A stretch of DNA of 64,000 nucleotides from Mobula hypostoma. Lineage: Eukaryota. The DNA is taken from NCBI RefSeq assembly GCF_963921235.1, contig NC_086097.1, positions 47,680,001 to 47,744,000 of the forward strand, in the 5' to 3' direction. How positions within the stretch are numbered: the first letter of the stretch is position 1; each line of letters starts with the position of its first letter. Positions 1 to 13,556 of this stretch are shown here, piece after piece. Under the pieces are notes generated by a model. That model saw only the letters and a list, made by a program, of their open reading frames with translations. It had not been told where the DNA came from and searched no databases. The position numbers were made by a program, and so were the translations under genes.

Positions 1-483
1 ATGGAAAAAAAAATCAAAACTAATCAGAAAATTGAACTGTAAAATGTTGATTGTATCATCAGTTTGCAGCAAAACTTCCTGTTAACTGCAGGCTGCAAAA
101 AAGATCTTGTATAACAAAATAACAATGCCAATCAATATTGTGGATAACTTAGAGCACACCACATATAGCAAGTACCATGAAAAGGAAGTTTATTCTGACT
201 TCAATAAAGCTTTGCTAACACAGCAAGTTAACATAATGATCATAATAGCTGGAAAAATTCAGATCAGGTAGCGTCCAGAGATTGAAACAGATCAACATTC
301 AAGTCAATGACCATTCATCTGAATAGATTGGAAGATCAATTACTTGAAATAATGTTTTCCTCTCTCCCTCTCCACAGATGCTGTCTGCCCTCCTGAGATC
401 TTGCAGCTTTTTGTTTCTCATTTCCAGCAAGTTCAATTTTTTTTAAAAACCTAATTGCCAGAGTTACTCTTTTGGTGATAGAA

Positions 484-657
484 TTATGTCCTGTCTTTAC
501 AGCAGCCTTTTCCCAACCTTTTTTGCCCTGGAGGAATACTTGAAACAATTTTGAGGTCTGAGGGAACCCCTTATGTCCTGTCTTTACAGCAGCCTTTTCC
601 CAACCTTTTTTGCCCTGGAGGAATACTTGAAACAATTTTGAGGTCTGAGGGAACCCC
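484..657. repeat. Perfect 87-bp direct tandem duplication covering one terminus of the hAT element and its flank
   Basis: TTATGTCCTG...GGGAACCCC occurs at 484-570 and again at 571-657. Confidence 0.95.
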
Positions 658-699
658 TTCATAAAAATTATTATAGCTACAACTCATGGTATGTTAGCG

Positions 700-2865
700 T
701 GATAGTAAACAGCGAATTGGTCCGCGAGACCAGGCAGAAGAAAGGATGCCTAACAGCAAGTTGTCTGGTTAGACCTAGCCAACACCAATGGATCAATTCC
801 ACAAGTCCTCATCCAGCTGGCCTGGACCACTACATTATCCCGCCAGTAACGCAAGACACGATCACTAGCTACCTAGTAGGGTTCAAGCTACGCTTCACTT
901 CAGCCCACTTTACAACCAGGTGGCAAGACCTCCAAAAAGGGATTCCAACAGGCTGTATCATTTCCCCCCAACTTGTTTGCTATGGATATGAATCTCCTCA
1001 TAGCAACAGCAGCAGACGTAACTCAAAGCCCAGTGTTGGAGACTGGCATCCAACAACCAGCAATATGGGGTTCATGGATAACATAATGGTAACCACTCTA
1101 ACCCATGTCCAAGCAAGGAGGATATTGGAAACCCAGACAATGCATGGCGATCAAAAAGGGCAAGGTTACTAGCAAGTTCAGTCTTCGAATACAGAGAGAA
1201 GTCATTCCAACCACAGAGGATAGCCTGCTAAAGTGTCTTGGAAAGTGGTTTAATCCAGCAATGATAGACAGTGCCAACATCACCGACACTGTCAAGCAGA
1301 ATGAAGAGTGGCTGAAGAAGATTGACAAAGTCAGACTCCCTGGTAAATTTAAGACATGGCTGTACTAACATAGTCCATTACCAAGGCTGCTCTAGCTTTT
1401 CACAGTGTACAAGTTCCCCATGACTACTGTAGAAGGCATTGAGAGCAAAGTCAACAAGCACCCAAGGAGGTGGCTGGGAAACCCCCTCCCCCCCAAGTTT
1501 TTCTTCAGTGGGGCTCTACACAAGATCAGGCCAGCTACAGCTCCCATTGTCTTCAGAAGTGGAGGAGTTCAAGGTGGCAAAGTGTAGAGTTGTGTTAACT
1601 CTGAGGGGCCATGACGACAAGCTAACAAACCAAGCGGGAGTCACAACAAAAATCCAGTGAAAATGGGCCACCAACTAGGCCATGGACCAGGCAGTAAGCT
1701 CTCTGCAATTGAGACACATCACTGACAACCCATGGTTGGGACAGCAAGGCCCCGGCTCTGCACACATCCTATGAGATTGCGGGGGGGGGGGGAAGAGACA
1801 TGGTCCAGCGAGAGGTACAGAACCATGAGGACGAAAGGTGGGTATTGAAGGCAATGGAGTTGAGGTCACAGGGCACCTGGACGAAACAAGATCTTCCCAA
1901 GTGCAAGATCACCTGGACAGAGCTTTGGAGACAACAGCCCTTTTGCACTTCTTTCCTCCTGCGGTCTGTGTATGGCACCCTCCCTACACCATCACAATAG
2001 GTCACATGGGGGCTGAGAAAAGACCTAACTGCAAGCTTTGTGGTCAGCAGGGTTCACAGAAACACATACTGTCAGGATGTAAAACAGTTTTAACACAAGA
2101 CAGTATAGGGGGCGCCACAAGTTCCTGCAGTCCCTTGCTGACACACTGGAGCAGGAGAGGAATATATATATATAAAAAAAAAGACCAGCTGGCAGAGAGG
2201 CAAACATGGCAGTCATTTTCATCAAGGAGAGGGCCACACCAGTCACATCAAAGAGGCCAAAATCCAATCTGCTGAAAACTGTTAAATCATGGGAGATGAG
2301 GATCGATGTGGGAAGGAAGCTGCAGTTCCCAGAGATGGTGAAAACCACACTTTGACCAGACGTCGTACTGTGGTCTCCCAAAGACAAGAAAATCATTCTG
2401 GTGGAGCTCACAGTAACATAGAAGGAAGGATGCGAGGAGGTTCAAGAGAGGAAGGCCCTGAAGTACCAATCCTTAGTCCAGGAGTGCAGGGACGAAGAAT
2501 GCAGATGTTGCTATATCCCATGGAGATCTGGCTGTAGAGGATTCCTAGCAAGGTCGCATGGAAGCTGCTGTCTGAACTGGGCTTCATGAAAAGAGCAAGA
2601 ACCAAGCAGCTTGCAGTATGGGGGAGGAAGCAAGAAGAGCCTCTTGCTGGATTGGAGCAGGCAAGAGGAGTTGAACTAGAAGTCAGGAGCAGATGGGCAG
2701 TGACTTAGCTACCATTGCTGACCCATCAAATGGCGAGAGCAGTGGTTAAAGGTCAAAAAACTCTATAAAGGCTAGGCACCACCTGACAATTTCTGCTCCT
2801 GGCCAAAGGCCATGGTTACCTCATCAGGTAATTGAAAATAGCACCCCGCTGTATGATGCAAGTTG
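700..2865 (+). mobile_element. RLE-type non-LTR retrotransposon (R2 group, HERO/NeSL-like), 5'-truncated and decayed
   Basis: RT fragments (WQDLQKGIPTGCIISP, GFMD), a zinc knuckle (CKLCG...HILSGC) and a restriction-like endonuclease motif (PDVVLWSPKDKKIILVELTV) are spread over several frames. Confidence 0.8.
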
Positions 2866-3299
2866 ATACAATCCAAAAATAGTGTCAATACTCTTTTGAG
2901 TAGAGAATGAATTTTTAGCCAACCTTTCTTGAAAAACAAAAACAGACAGTTAAGCTTAGCTTACCTCTCGAAATTAATCTTTCTTTCCTTTCCATAGAAT
3001 TTAACACTCATAAGGCAAACATAATAAACTTCTGTTAAATAACTGGCTTAAGCCAAAAATGGAATTTAATTTTTCTAAATGTAGGCTTGGTAAATTTAAA
3101 TACAGGTTGTAAATTGATTTTAATTGATTCTGTTTACAACATGAAAATTTATTGACAATCTTGAATAGTAAAGGGACTAAAAAACTACAAGCCAAAGCAA
3201 TATGAATAAAAAATATAACCCAAGAGAATTTTATACGTGACTTGGAAAGAAAACAGTTTCTTACCAAGTGACATGATCAGGGTCAAATATAGATCTAGC

Positions 3300-3845
3300 A
3301 TGTGAAACCTGTGCTTGTTTTTTTTGCTGCACAAATGCTCAATTCTGGGTCAAACCAGAGATAAGCACACATGGATTTCACCTTCAACTGAAATAAGACA
3401 ATTTCTATCCTTGCTTTTGATGCTTGTTAAACAAAAACAAAAGCTTGCTCACACATGTAAGAAGTTGAAAACTACAGCAAATTGTTCATTGCCTTCCAAT
3501 GAATAGAAGACGACTTTTCTTACACAGAAATCCAAAACTTGTCCAGGAACAGGTCAGTAAATCTCACTGAGTGCACAGACTGCAGCTCACAAAGTCCTTC
3601 CTCTTCTTTCAAATTCAAGTTCTCAGGCTGAGCAGAAGATTCAGAGAAAGGGTCTCTCACTTATGTTGAAAGGGAGGAAAAATACTGTTCAATTTTGTTC
3701 TGCAGTTCTTCGAGGTGGTTTTCAATAAGATTTGAGACTTTCTGACATCCTTCTTTACTGTCAAGCCCAAGTAGCAGTGGAAACATTTGAAGATTTCCTT
3801 TTGTAACATAATTTTTCCAAAGATTCAGTTTTCTTTTAAATCCAA
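3300..3845 (-). pseudogene. Degenerate C-terminus of a Charlie-type hAT transposase (ZBED8/FAM200/SCAND3-like)
   Basis: Manual minus-strand translation gives GFKRKLNLWK...GNLQMFPLL...VRDPF...FSTSYMCEQAF...IKSKDRN...PRIEHLCSKK/QAQVSH, with stops and frameshifts. Confidence 0.85.
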
Positions 3846-4959
3846 CCTACACAATCCATGTCTACAACAACAGCAAAACAGCAGGCCAGCAGCTGAGTCA
3901 CGGCATGTAAAAAAATTCCTTCTTTAGAACGAGAATTTCCCTCTAATTTTCTGCTACACGAGTAGAGTTTGCTCGCTCCCACAAGTCATTCAGTGGCGCG
4001 CAAGGGGAATTTGGGGGTGGTAATTTGGGAGGGAGAGGCTGACATCACAGCCCAAGTTGGGTGAGTTAATTCAATGCTCAGAAAACACACTTCACACTTC
4101 TGATCAGCCAACTGTCCTACGCTCCGTACAATGCGGCGCTCACCAATTATCAACAGCCACCCGCATCAAAAACTGAGAATGGACTCAACCAAATAAACAT
4201 TGTCCTACTGTGCAGTGCCATACAGGGCTGAAAGAACTCTAACGAGATTGCTAACGGGGCTGCTCAGTCACTGCCCACCGCAGTGAGTGCTGCAATTTTA
4301 AAAAAAAATCACCATCTCTCACAGAACCCCTAGCGACCTCACGCAGAACCCTGGATGAGAAACCCTGCTTTATAGAATAACCAAGTATTCTTTATACCAG
4401 CAGCAAAGTGCATGATATCACTGGTATAAATATCTGTTTATTTATACCAATAACCCCAAAAAAACCTATGAATCTATAATAGCATGATACCTTCTTGCTC
4501 TGAGAGTTTTGATGATCTGACTGGTTATAGTATGAAAGTTAGGAAGTAAATGAAAGAGAATCAGTTAAAATTGAAATACCACAGAATCTAAATTTTAAAA
4601 TGTTTATTTTCCAAAGTCAGCCTTTAAATTCATAAAGCAATAGTTATAGTGCCGCAATCTGAATAATTTAATCAGCTGTCCATCAAAAAAGTTGATCAGC
4701 AAGGTCATTGGTCTGTTATCATTGCTATACTGTTAAAACTCAAACATTTGGTCTTTGTAAATATCACAAATCTGAAACTATGTTACCTCTCAAACTATTT
4801 CTTTGTTAATCTTCATTTTCAATGACACGGAGAAGTTCAGTGGCCAAATGCTGAATTTCAATAAACACAAGTTAACCAAATTCCAGACATAATCAATTGT
4901 AAAAATTCAATAGAGAGTGCATGTTTGCAGCAAACGAGAAGTATACAAGCTTCTCTGTT

Positions 4960-6043
4960 ACAGAACCTGGGCCTCTGTACCTCCCTCTGCAATTGGATCC
5001 TTAACTTCCTAGCCGGAAGACCACAATCTGTGCGGATTGGTGATAACATCTCCTCCTCACTGTTGATCAACACTGGTGCACCTCCGGGGTTGTGAGCTTA
5101 GCCCACTGCCCTACTCTCAGTATACACATGACTATGTGGCTAGGCACAGCTCAAATACCATCTATAAATTTGCTGACGATACAGTCATTGTTGGTAGAAT
5201 CTCAGGTGGTGATGAGAGGGCATACAGGAGTGAGATATGCCAACTAGTGGAGTGGTGTTGCAGCAACAACCTTGCATTCAATGTCAGTAAGATGAAAGAG
5301 CTGATTGTGGACTTCAGGAAGGGTAAGACGAAGGAACACATACCAATCAACAGAGGGATCAGAAGTGGAGAGAGTGAGCAGTTTCAAGTTCCTGGGTGTC
5401 AAAATCTCTGAGGACCTAACCTGCTCCCAACATATCAATGCAGTTATAAAGAAGGCAAGACAGTGACTATACTTCATTAGAAGTTTGAAGAGATTCAGTA
5501 TATCAACAAATACACTCAAAAACTTCTATAGTTGTACCATGGAAAGCACTCTGACAGGCTGCATCACTGTCTGGTATGGGGGTGGGGGGCTACTGCACAG
5601 GACCGAAAGAAGCTGCAGAGGGTTGCAAGTTTAGTCAGCTCCATCTTAGGTACCAGCCTACAAAGTACTCAGGATATCTTCAAGGAGCAGTGTCTCAGAA
5701 AGGCAGCGTCCATTATTAAGGACCTCCAGCACCCAGGGCATGCCCTTTTCTCACTGTTACCATCAGGTAGGAGGTACAGAAGCCTGAAAGCACACATTCA
5801 GCAATTCAGGAATAGCTTCTTCCCCTCTGCCATCCGATTCCTAAATGGACATTGAACCCTTGAACACTACCTCACCTTGTTAGTATATATTATTTGTTTT
5901 TTTTTGCACTATTTTTAATCTATTGCATATATGTACGCTGTAATTGATTTATTATTTTTCTTCTATATTATGTACTGCATTGAACTGCTACTGCTAAGTT
6001 AGTAAATTTAACGACACATGCCGGTGATAATAAACCTGATTCT
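4960..6043 (+). mobile_element. Rex1/Babar (L2-like) LINE 3' fragment
   Basis: RT motif YKFADDTVIVGRISGGDE, C-terminus HPGHALFSLLPSGRRYRS...FFPSAIRFLN, and 3' end AATAAACCTGATTCT. Confidence 0.8.
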
Positions 6044-6078
6044 AAATGTAGTAAAATGGTAGCTTCAGATTAAAATCT

Positions 6079-6370
6079 GTCACGAGCCTTGTGGCCCATC
6101 AAGCCGGTGTTTATGCCGATTTCCATGGCATGAAGCGACTGAGTGTTTGAGACTCTCTCCCCCACCCCCACCCCCCAGATTGGACATCAGTCTATTGTGA
6201 GGTTAACCCCCAGAATTTTTGCCGGTACCCATTCTCAGGTGGGTAGACAGGAGCGTTGTGTGGTTAAGTGCCTTGCTCAAAAACACACACACGCTGCCCC
6301 GGCTGAGGCTCACACCCATGACCTTCAGATCACTAGTCCAACGCCCTAACCACTTGGCCACATGCCACAC
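6079..6370 (-). mobile_element. tRNA-derived SINE
   Basis: The minus strand starts with a tRNA-like head, GTGGCCAAGTGGTTAGGGCGTTGGACTAGTGATCTGAAGGTC, with an A-box-like motif and a degenerate B box. Confidence 0.65.
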
Positions 6371-7602
6371 CAATTTCACGACATGCCGGTGATAATAAAC
6401 TTGATTCTGAATTTAGTAAAATGGTACTGTAGCTTCGTCATGAAAAAGCTACAACAATGACACTTAGCAGGTGCACTATTTATCTATTTGCTTCAATTCA
6501 ATTAAAAACGAAGTTAACAACGAACCCACATTAAAAAAATTTGAGCACTCTTCCACAGCTTTAAACACCTGTCAAAAATCAAATCTGTATCCAAAGACCA
6601 TGCTCATAACAGACTAGGTTATCTACTGATGACAGCTGAATTTGTTCGAATAGGGTCACCCACAAATAACAGATGTGGATATTAAATGGAGAGCCCAACA
6701 ACATAATGTTAGTCATGACTTGAGGAGTGGTTAAGGTCTTAACTCAGCTGACTTTATTTAGCTTTTAAACTGAAGTTAATATCAAAATTAACATTTCTCT
6801 GGAAATATTTTAAGTAAAAGTCTGAAAATGCCAGAAGGAAAAAAACATTCACAATATTTTAACCATCCAACTGACCCTTATTTTGAATTTTTAGTGATTC
6901 AAAGAATTGCTCATTTCCCCTCAAACCATTACCTATAGCTTCATTCCCCATTCCACCGCACCTCTGCAATTTCCTTCAGCCTTGAATGATTATACATGCA
7001 CCAGTCTTTTCACCCCACTGTGTACAAGCATCCAATAAAATCTTCTCCAGCTTTCCATTTAAAAAAAATCATTTGACTTCCAGCATATTTTGTTTCAGAT
7101 TCACAGTAGAGTGTTGATTTTATATCATTCGATCCAGCTGCAAGCTCTTTCAACTGTGCTCCTTCGCTTATTGTTCATTACTTAACTCCTTTATTCAACT
7201 CTTCTCATTAAGAATCCTCAATCATTCAGTCCAAAGATTATTTCAGTAGAATGTAGGTTGTACTTGCAAGTCTAGTTAGCAGTGAATTACCTTCTTAACC
7301 CACTACATTTTACATAATTAATGTTGTCTCACAGAACAATTAGGTAGGGAATTCCAATATTATGTTTCTCCAATTGCCAAATAAATGCCAGCCTGAAAAT
7401 AATAGCATCCAATTGTTAAAGTACTAGAATAAGAGATTTCTTAAAATATGGTTAAGTTAAGAAATCTCAACTTCAGAGGAAGCATGGAGTAACTTAAAAA
7501 TGCTTTGTTTTAAAATCTATCCAAAAATCTTTTTTGATCTTAAAGATTTTACATTAGAAGTCATATCCCATACTGTATTTGAATTTTGCTCAGCTATTTG
7601 TA

Positions 7603-10600
7603 CCCATTGGCCCTGTGGCTCAGAAGGGTAGGGAAAGGAAGAGGATGGCAGCAGTAATAGGGGACTCTATAGTTAGGGGGTCAGGCAGACAATTCTGTGG
7701 ACGCAGGAAAGAAACTCAGATGGTAGTTTGCCTCCCAGGTGCCAGGGTCCAGGATGTTTCAGATTGCGTCCAAGATATCCTGCAGTGGGAGGGAGAACAG
7801 CCAGAGATCATGGCACATATTGGTACCAATGACATAGGTAGGAAAAGCAAAGAGGTCCTGAAAAAAGACTACAGCGAGTTAGGAAGGAAGTTGAGAAGCA
7901 GGACCACAAAGTTAGTAATCTTGGGATTACTGCCTGTGCCACGCGACAGTAAGTTTAAACTAGAATTGTTGGGGGGTGGGAACCGAACTGAAGAGACTGA
8001 GGAAGTAGGAGGTTGGCTCACAAATAGAGAAAGCTTGTAGACAGTGCAAGAGGGAGGATAGGCAGGTGATAGAGAAGGGACGCTCTCAGACCGAAGGTTT
8101 GAGATGTGTCTATTTTATCTTAAGGATTATTGTGAACAAAGCGGATGAGCTTAGAGCGTGGATCAGTACTTGGAGATATGATGTGGTGGCCATTACAGAG
8201 ACTTGGATGGCTCAGGGACAGGAATAGTTACTTCAAGTGCTGGGGTTTAGATGCTTCAGAGAGTTACAGGGAAGGAGGCAAAAGAGGCAGGGGTGTGGCA
8301 GTGTTGATCAGAGATAGCGTCATGGCTGCAGAAAAGATGGATGCCATGGAGGTATTGTCTACGGAGTCTCTGTGGGTGGGGGTTAGGAACAAGAAAGGGT
8401 CAATATTTCTACTGGGTGTTTTTTTTTAAATATAGGCTGCCCAATAGTAACAGGGGTATCAAGGAGCAGATAGGGAAACAGATCCTGTAAAGGTGTAATA
8501 ATAGCAGAGTTGCCGTGATGGGAGATTTTAATTTCCCAAATATCGATTGGCATCTCCCTAGAGCAAGGGATTTAGATGGGATGGAGTTTGTTAGGTGTGT
8601 TCAGGATGGTTTCTTGACACGATATGTACATAAGCCAACAAGAAGAGAGGCTGTACTTGATTTGATATTGGGAAATGAACCTGGTCAGGTGTCAGATCTC
8701 TCAGTGGGAGAGCATTTTGGAGATAGTGATCATAATTCTATCTTCTTTACCATAGCATTGGTGAGAGATAGGAACAGACAAGTTAGAAAAGCCTTTAATT
8801 GGAGGAAGGGGAATTATGAGGCTATCAGGCAAGAAACTGGAGGCTTAAATTGGAAACAAATGTTCTCAGGGAAAAGTACGGAAGAAACGTGGCAACTATT
8901 CAGGGGATATTTGTGTGGAGTTCTGCATAGGTATGCTCCAATGAGGCAGCGAGGTCATGGTAGGGGTACAGGAACTGTGTACAAAGGCTATAATAAATCT
9001 AGTCAAGAAAAGAAAAGCTTACAAAAGGTTCAGAGAGCTAGGCAATATTAGAGATCTAGAAGATTATAAGGCTATTAGGAAGGAGCTTAAGAAGGAAATT
9101 AGGAGAGCCAGAAGGGGCCATGAGAAGGCCCTGGCGGGCAGGATTAAGGAAAACCCCAAGGTATTCTACAAGTATGTGAAGAGTAAAAGGATAAGATGTG
9201 AAAGGATAGGACCTATCAAGTGTGACAGTGGGAAAGTATGTATGGAAACAGAGGAAATAGCGGAGGTACTTAATGAATACTTGACTTCAGTATTCACTAT
9301 GGAAAAGGATCTTGGTGATTGTAGAGATGACTTGCAGCAGACTGAAAAGCTTGAGCATGTAGATATTAAGAAAGAGGATGTGCTAGAGCTTTTGGAAAGC
9401 ATCGTTGGATAAATCGCCGGGACCGGATGAGATGTACCCCAGGCTACTGTGGGAGGCAAAGGATGAGATTGCTGAGCCTCTGGCGATGATCTTTGCATCA
9501 TCAATGGGGACGGGAGAGGTTCTGGAGATTGGAGGGTTGCAGATGTTGTTTCTTTATTCAAGAAAGGGAGTAGAGATAGCCCAGGAAATTATACACCAGT
9601 AAGTCTTAGCTCAGTGGTTGGTAAGTTGATGGAGAAGATCCTGACAGGCAGGATTTATGAACATTTGGAGAGGTATAATATGATTAGGAGTAGGCAGCAC
9701 GGCTTTGTAAAGGGTAGGTCATGCCTTACGAGCCTGATTGAATTTTGAGGATGTGACTGAACACATTGATGAAGGAAGAACAGTAGATTTCAGCAAGGCA
9801 TTTGCTAAGGCAGTGGTCCCCAATCTCCAGGCCACGAAGCATGCAGGGGTGCAGAGGTAGCCGGGACGCACCCAGCACATCTTTAAGAAAAAAACCGAAA
9901 TAAACAAACTAATTAATTAGGTGCCGCCCAGCACGTAAATGTCAGCCCAGATCACAGGCAATTGCCAATTGCGTAGAGCAAGCCTCTGATCTGGGCCGAC
10001 ATTCACGTGCCGGGCGGCACCTAATTAATTAGCTTGCTTTTTTCTTAAAGATGTGCTGGGTGTGTCCCAGCTACCACTGCACACTTTGCAGCTCAGTATT
10101 GGTCCACGGCTCAGAGGTTGGGGACCACTGTGCTAAGGTACCCCATGCAAGGCTTATTGAGAAAGTAAGGAGGCATGGGATCCAAGGGGACATTGTTCTG
10201 TGGATCCAAAACTGGCTTGCCCACAGAAGGCAAAAAGTGGTTGTGAATGGGTCATATTCTGCATGGAGGTCAGTCACCAGTGGAGTGCTTCAGGGATCTG
10301 TCCTGGGACCCTTACTCTTCACGATTTTTATAAATGACCTGGATGAGGAAGTGGACGGATAGGTTAGTAAGTTTGCTGATAACACAAAGATTGGAGGTGT
10401 TGTGGATAGTGTGGAGGGCTGTCAGGGGTTACAGCGGGACATTGATAGGATGCAAAACTGGGCTGAAAAGCAGCAGATGGAGTTCAACCAGAAGTGGTTC
10501 ATTTTGGTAGGTCAAATATGATGGCAGAATATAGTATTAATGGCAAGACTCTTGGCAGTGTGGAGGATCAGAGGGATCTTGGGGTCCAAGTCCATAAAGC

Positions 10601-11290
10601 AACTGCGCACCCAAAGCAGCTGCGCAGGTTGACTCTGTGGTTAAGAAGGCATACGGTGTATTGGCCTTCATCAATCGTGGAATTGAATTTAGGAGCCGAG
10701 AGGTAATGTTGCAGCTATATAGGACCCTGGTCAGACTCCACTTGGAGTACTGTGTTCAGTTCTGGTCGCCTCAATACAGGAAGGACGTGGAAGCCATAGA
10801 AAGTGTGCAGAGGAGATTTACAAGGATGTTGCCTGGATTGGGGAGCACGCCTTATGAGAATAGGTTGAGCCAACTCAGCCTTTTCTCCATGGAGCGATGG
10901 AGGATGAGAGGTGACCTGATAGAGTTGTACAAGATGATGAGAGGCATTAATCGTGTGGATAGTCAGAGGCTTTTCCCCCCAGGGCTGAAATGGTTGCCAC
11001 AAGAGGATACAGGTTTAAGGTGCTGAGGAGTAGGTACAGAGATGTCAGGGGTACGTTGTTTGTTTGTTGTTGGTTTTTTTTTTACACAGAGAGTGGTGAG
11101 TGTGTGGAATGGGCTGCTGGCAATGGTGGTGGAGGCATATACGATAGGGTCTTTTAAGAGACTTTAGATAAGTACATGGAGCTCAGTAAGATAGAGGGCT
11201 AGAGGTAAGCCTAGTAATTTCTAAGGTAGGGACATGTTTGGCACAACTCTGTGGGCCGAAGGGCCCATATTATGCTGTAGGTTTTCTATG
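7603..11290 (+). mobile_element. CR1 LINE, near full length and decayed (ORF1 SGNH esterase-like; ORF2 APE + RT)
   Basis: ORF1 motifs VIGDSIVRG, CLPGARVQD and HIGTNDIG. APE motifs MGDFNFPNIDW and GDSDHN. RT motifs KSPGPDEMYPR and [17 protein letters not shown]1-type 3' end follows. Confidence 0.92.
9811..10130. mobile_element. 320-bp hAT-type MITE inserted in the CR1 RT region, with a long internal palindrome
   Basis: TIRs CAGTGGTCCCCAA / TTGGGGACCACTG. Exact 8-bp TSD TGCTAAGG at 9803-9810 and 10131-10138. Confidence 0.92.
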
Positions 11291-11447
11291 TCTCATTACA
11301 AAGTTCTGGACAACTCTAGACATTACAATTTTAAATATCATTTACGTCAGAACTTTAAAGCACATTTGTTAGAGAAGCAACATATTCCTGATACCACGTG
11401 TACACACAGTGGCACATTTTACAAGCTGTGAGCTGATGTTCCAGCTT

Positions 11448-12657
11448 TTAAAGTTCAAAGTAAATTTATTGTCAAAGTATAAGTAAGTCACTATATACAA
11501 CCCTAAGATTCCTTTTCTTGCAGGCATACTCAAATCGATAATAGAGAAACAACCATAGAAACAATGAGACACTCCACCAACTTGGGCATTACACTATTAT
11601 GCAAAAGACAACAAACTGTGCAAATACAAATGAGATAAATAAGCAATAGATATCGAGAGCATGAGATGAAGAATCCTTAAAAGTGAGTCCATAGGTTCTG
11701 GTGCATTTCAGTGATGGGCAAGTAAAGCTATCCTCTTTTGTTCAAGAGCCCGATAGTTGAGAGGTAATCACTGTTCCTGAATCTGGAGGTGCGAGTCCTG
11801 AGGCTCCTGTACTGTCATCCTGATGGCAGTAGTGTGAACAGAACATGATCTAGGTGGTGGGAGTCCCTGATGATGGATGCTTCTTTCCTGCGACAACACT
11901 CTGTGTGGATGTTCTGTGTTGGGGAGAGCTTTACCCAGGATGGACTGGGACACATCTTCTACTTTTTGTAAGATTATCCATTCAACGGCATTGGTGTTTC
12001 CATACCAGGCTGTCATTCAGCCAGTCAATACACTGCCCACCACACATCTCTAGACGTTTGTCACCAAGTTGTAGAGGACATGCCAAAACTTCACAAACTC
12101 CTAAGGAAGTAGAGGCACTGCCGTGTTGTGTTCTTTTTACAGATACACTCACGTGCTGGGCCCAGGACAGATCCTCTGAAATGATAACACCGAGGAACTT
12201 AAAGTTGCTGACCCTCTCCACTTCTGAACATCCAATGAGGACTGGCTCACAGTCCTCTGGTTTCCTTCTCCTGAAGTCAATAATCAGCTCCTTGGTCTTG
12301 GTGACATTGGGCAACAGGTTGTTGTGGCATCACTCAGTCAGCCTTTCAATCTCCCTCCTATATGCTGATCTCACTACCTTTGATTCAGCCTATGGCAGTG
12401 GTGTCATTGGCAAACTTGAATATGTCATTGGCACTATTGTTAGCCACACAGTCCTAAGTGTAAAGTCAATAGAGCAGGGGGCAAGCACACAGTCCTGCGG
12501 TGCACCCATGCTGCTGGTCATTGAGGAAGGTTACCACATTCTTCTTCAGCATTGATACAAGTGAAGCTGGATTGAAGCAGGTGGGTACCTCAGACAGCCA
12601 GAGAGAGAAGTTAAAGATCTCAATGAATACTCTCGCTAGTGGATCAGCACAGGTCTT
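11448..12657 (-). mobile_element. Rex1/Babar (L2-like) LINE 3' fragment
   Basis: Minus-strand NVTKTKELIIDFRR...FKFLGVIISEDLSW and TAWYGN. The 3' end (AATAAA plus short repeats) is near 11450-11470. Confidence 0.8.
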
Positions 12658-13556
12658 ATTACTTTTGATAAGTTATTAGTCAAATGTTAAGCAACTTCAC
12701 ATACTGTGGGATGCACCTTAACCAGTCAATATGAAATTATACCCAACATATGGGAACTGAATTTATATACTTCTTTTGCACAAGGGTGGAAGTGCAAGAT
12801 TAGAAATTACTTAAACAGCCATTTTTCAAATGATTCCCTCCTCATATACTGAAGACAACTATATGTCTGTTAATAGTGTCATGGAGTAAAGAAATCTAGC
12901 CCGCTGTGTCCACACTGACTTTATTGCCCATTTACACTAATCCCATTTGCCTTCATTTGGGCCATGTCATTTTATGCCTTGCTTTTGAAATGTCTCCCAA
13001 AAAAAGTGCTTTAATGAGGTCATAGAGCCTGTACAGTGCTATACTGTTTTTCAGCCAACATCGTTGTGTCAACCCTTTAATCTCTGATCCCACTTGACTT
13101 CAGAAGAAAAAACAAGACTTACCTGTCTAGTTTCTCTGCATAACTAAAGTCCAGGTTAAATCTAAAGTCCCAGTAAGTGCCTTAGCACAATCAAATCTTT
13201 CTACAGTGTGGCAACCAAACAAGCACATATTACTCTAAGTGTACTCTAAACAAAGTGTTTAGTGAAGTTGTGATACAATGTCCTGGTTTTATATCCTTTG
13301 TCTTGATTTATAAGACAAGCAGACTTTGCCACTCTTTGACTAGCACCTGTTGCCACTTTCAAGGAGCTATGGGCTTGGACCATGTCTTTTTTCATCAGTG
13401 GTCGCAATCTGCAAGATAACCAATTTCTGCCACATCAGTGATACAGTATTTTCAGAGCTATTCATCTGTAGCTCCCACACCAAAAATTTGCAAAATGGTT
13501 AGCAGCTGGGTATCAAATTGTGCAACCATTTATAAAACACTTAAAGATAAAACTTT

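Larger units (their letters stand above)
503..4367 (-). mobile_element. hAT-Charlie DNA transposon, internally deleted, with a nested LINE
   Basis: Termini are CAGCCTTTTCCCAACC (503, duplicate at 590) and GGATGAGAAACCCTG (ends 4367). The 8-bp TSD is CTTTACAG (495-502 and 582-589) / CTTTATAG (4368-4375). A transposase remnant lies inside. Confidence 0.8.

Noticed and set aside
336..662. 108-aa ORF with an internal peptide repeat
   Set aside because: It is a by-product of the 87-bp duplication of a transposon end.
2960..4140. Alternative PPP1R13B promoter and first exon (ATG at 2995, donor GTAAGC at 2964)
   Set aside because: It lies inside the hAT-Charlie element, and the 31-nt phase-1 exon does not fit the expected phase-0 exon 2.
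11854..12555. Long ORFs such as this 233-aa one, 26104-26580 and 28303-28782 as host genes
   Set aside because: They are antisense or off-frame readings of LINE and Penelope sequence.
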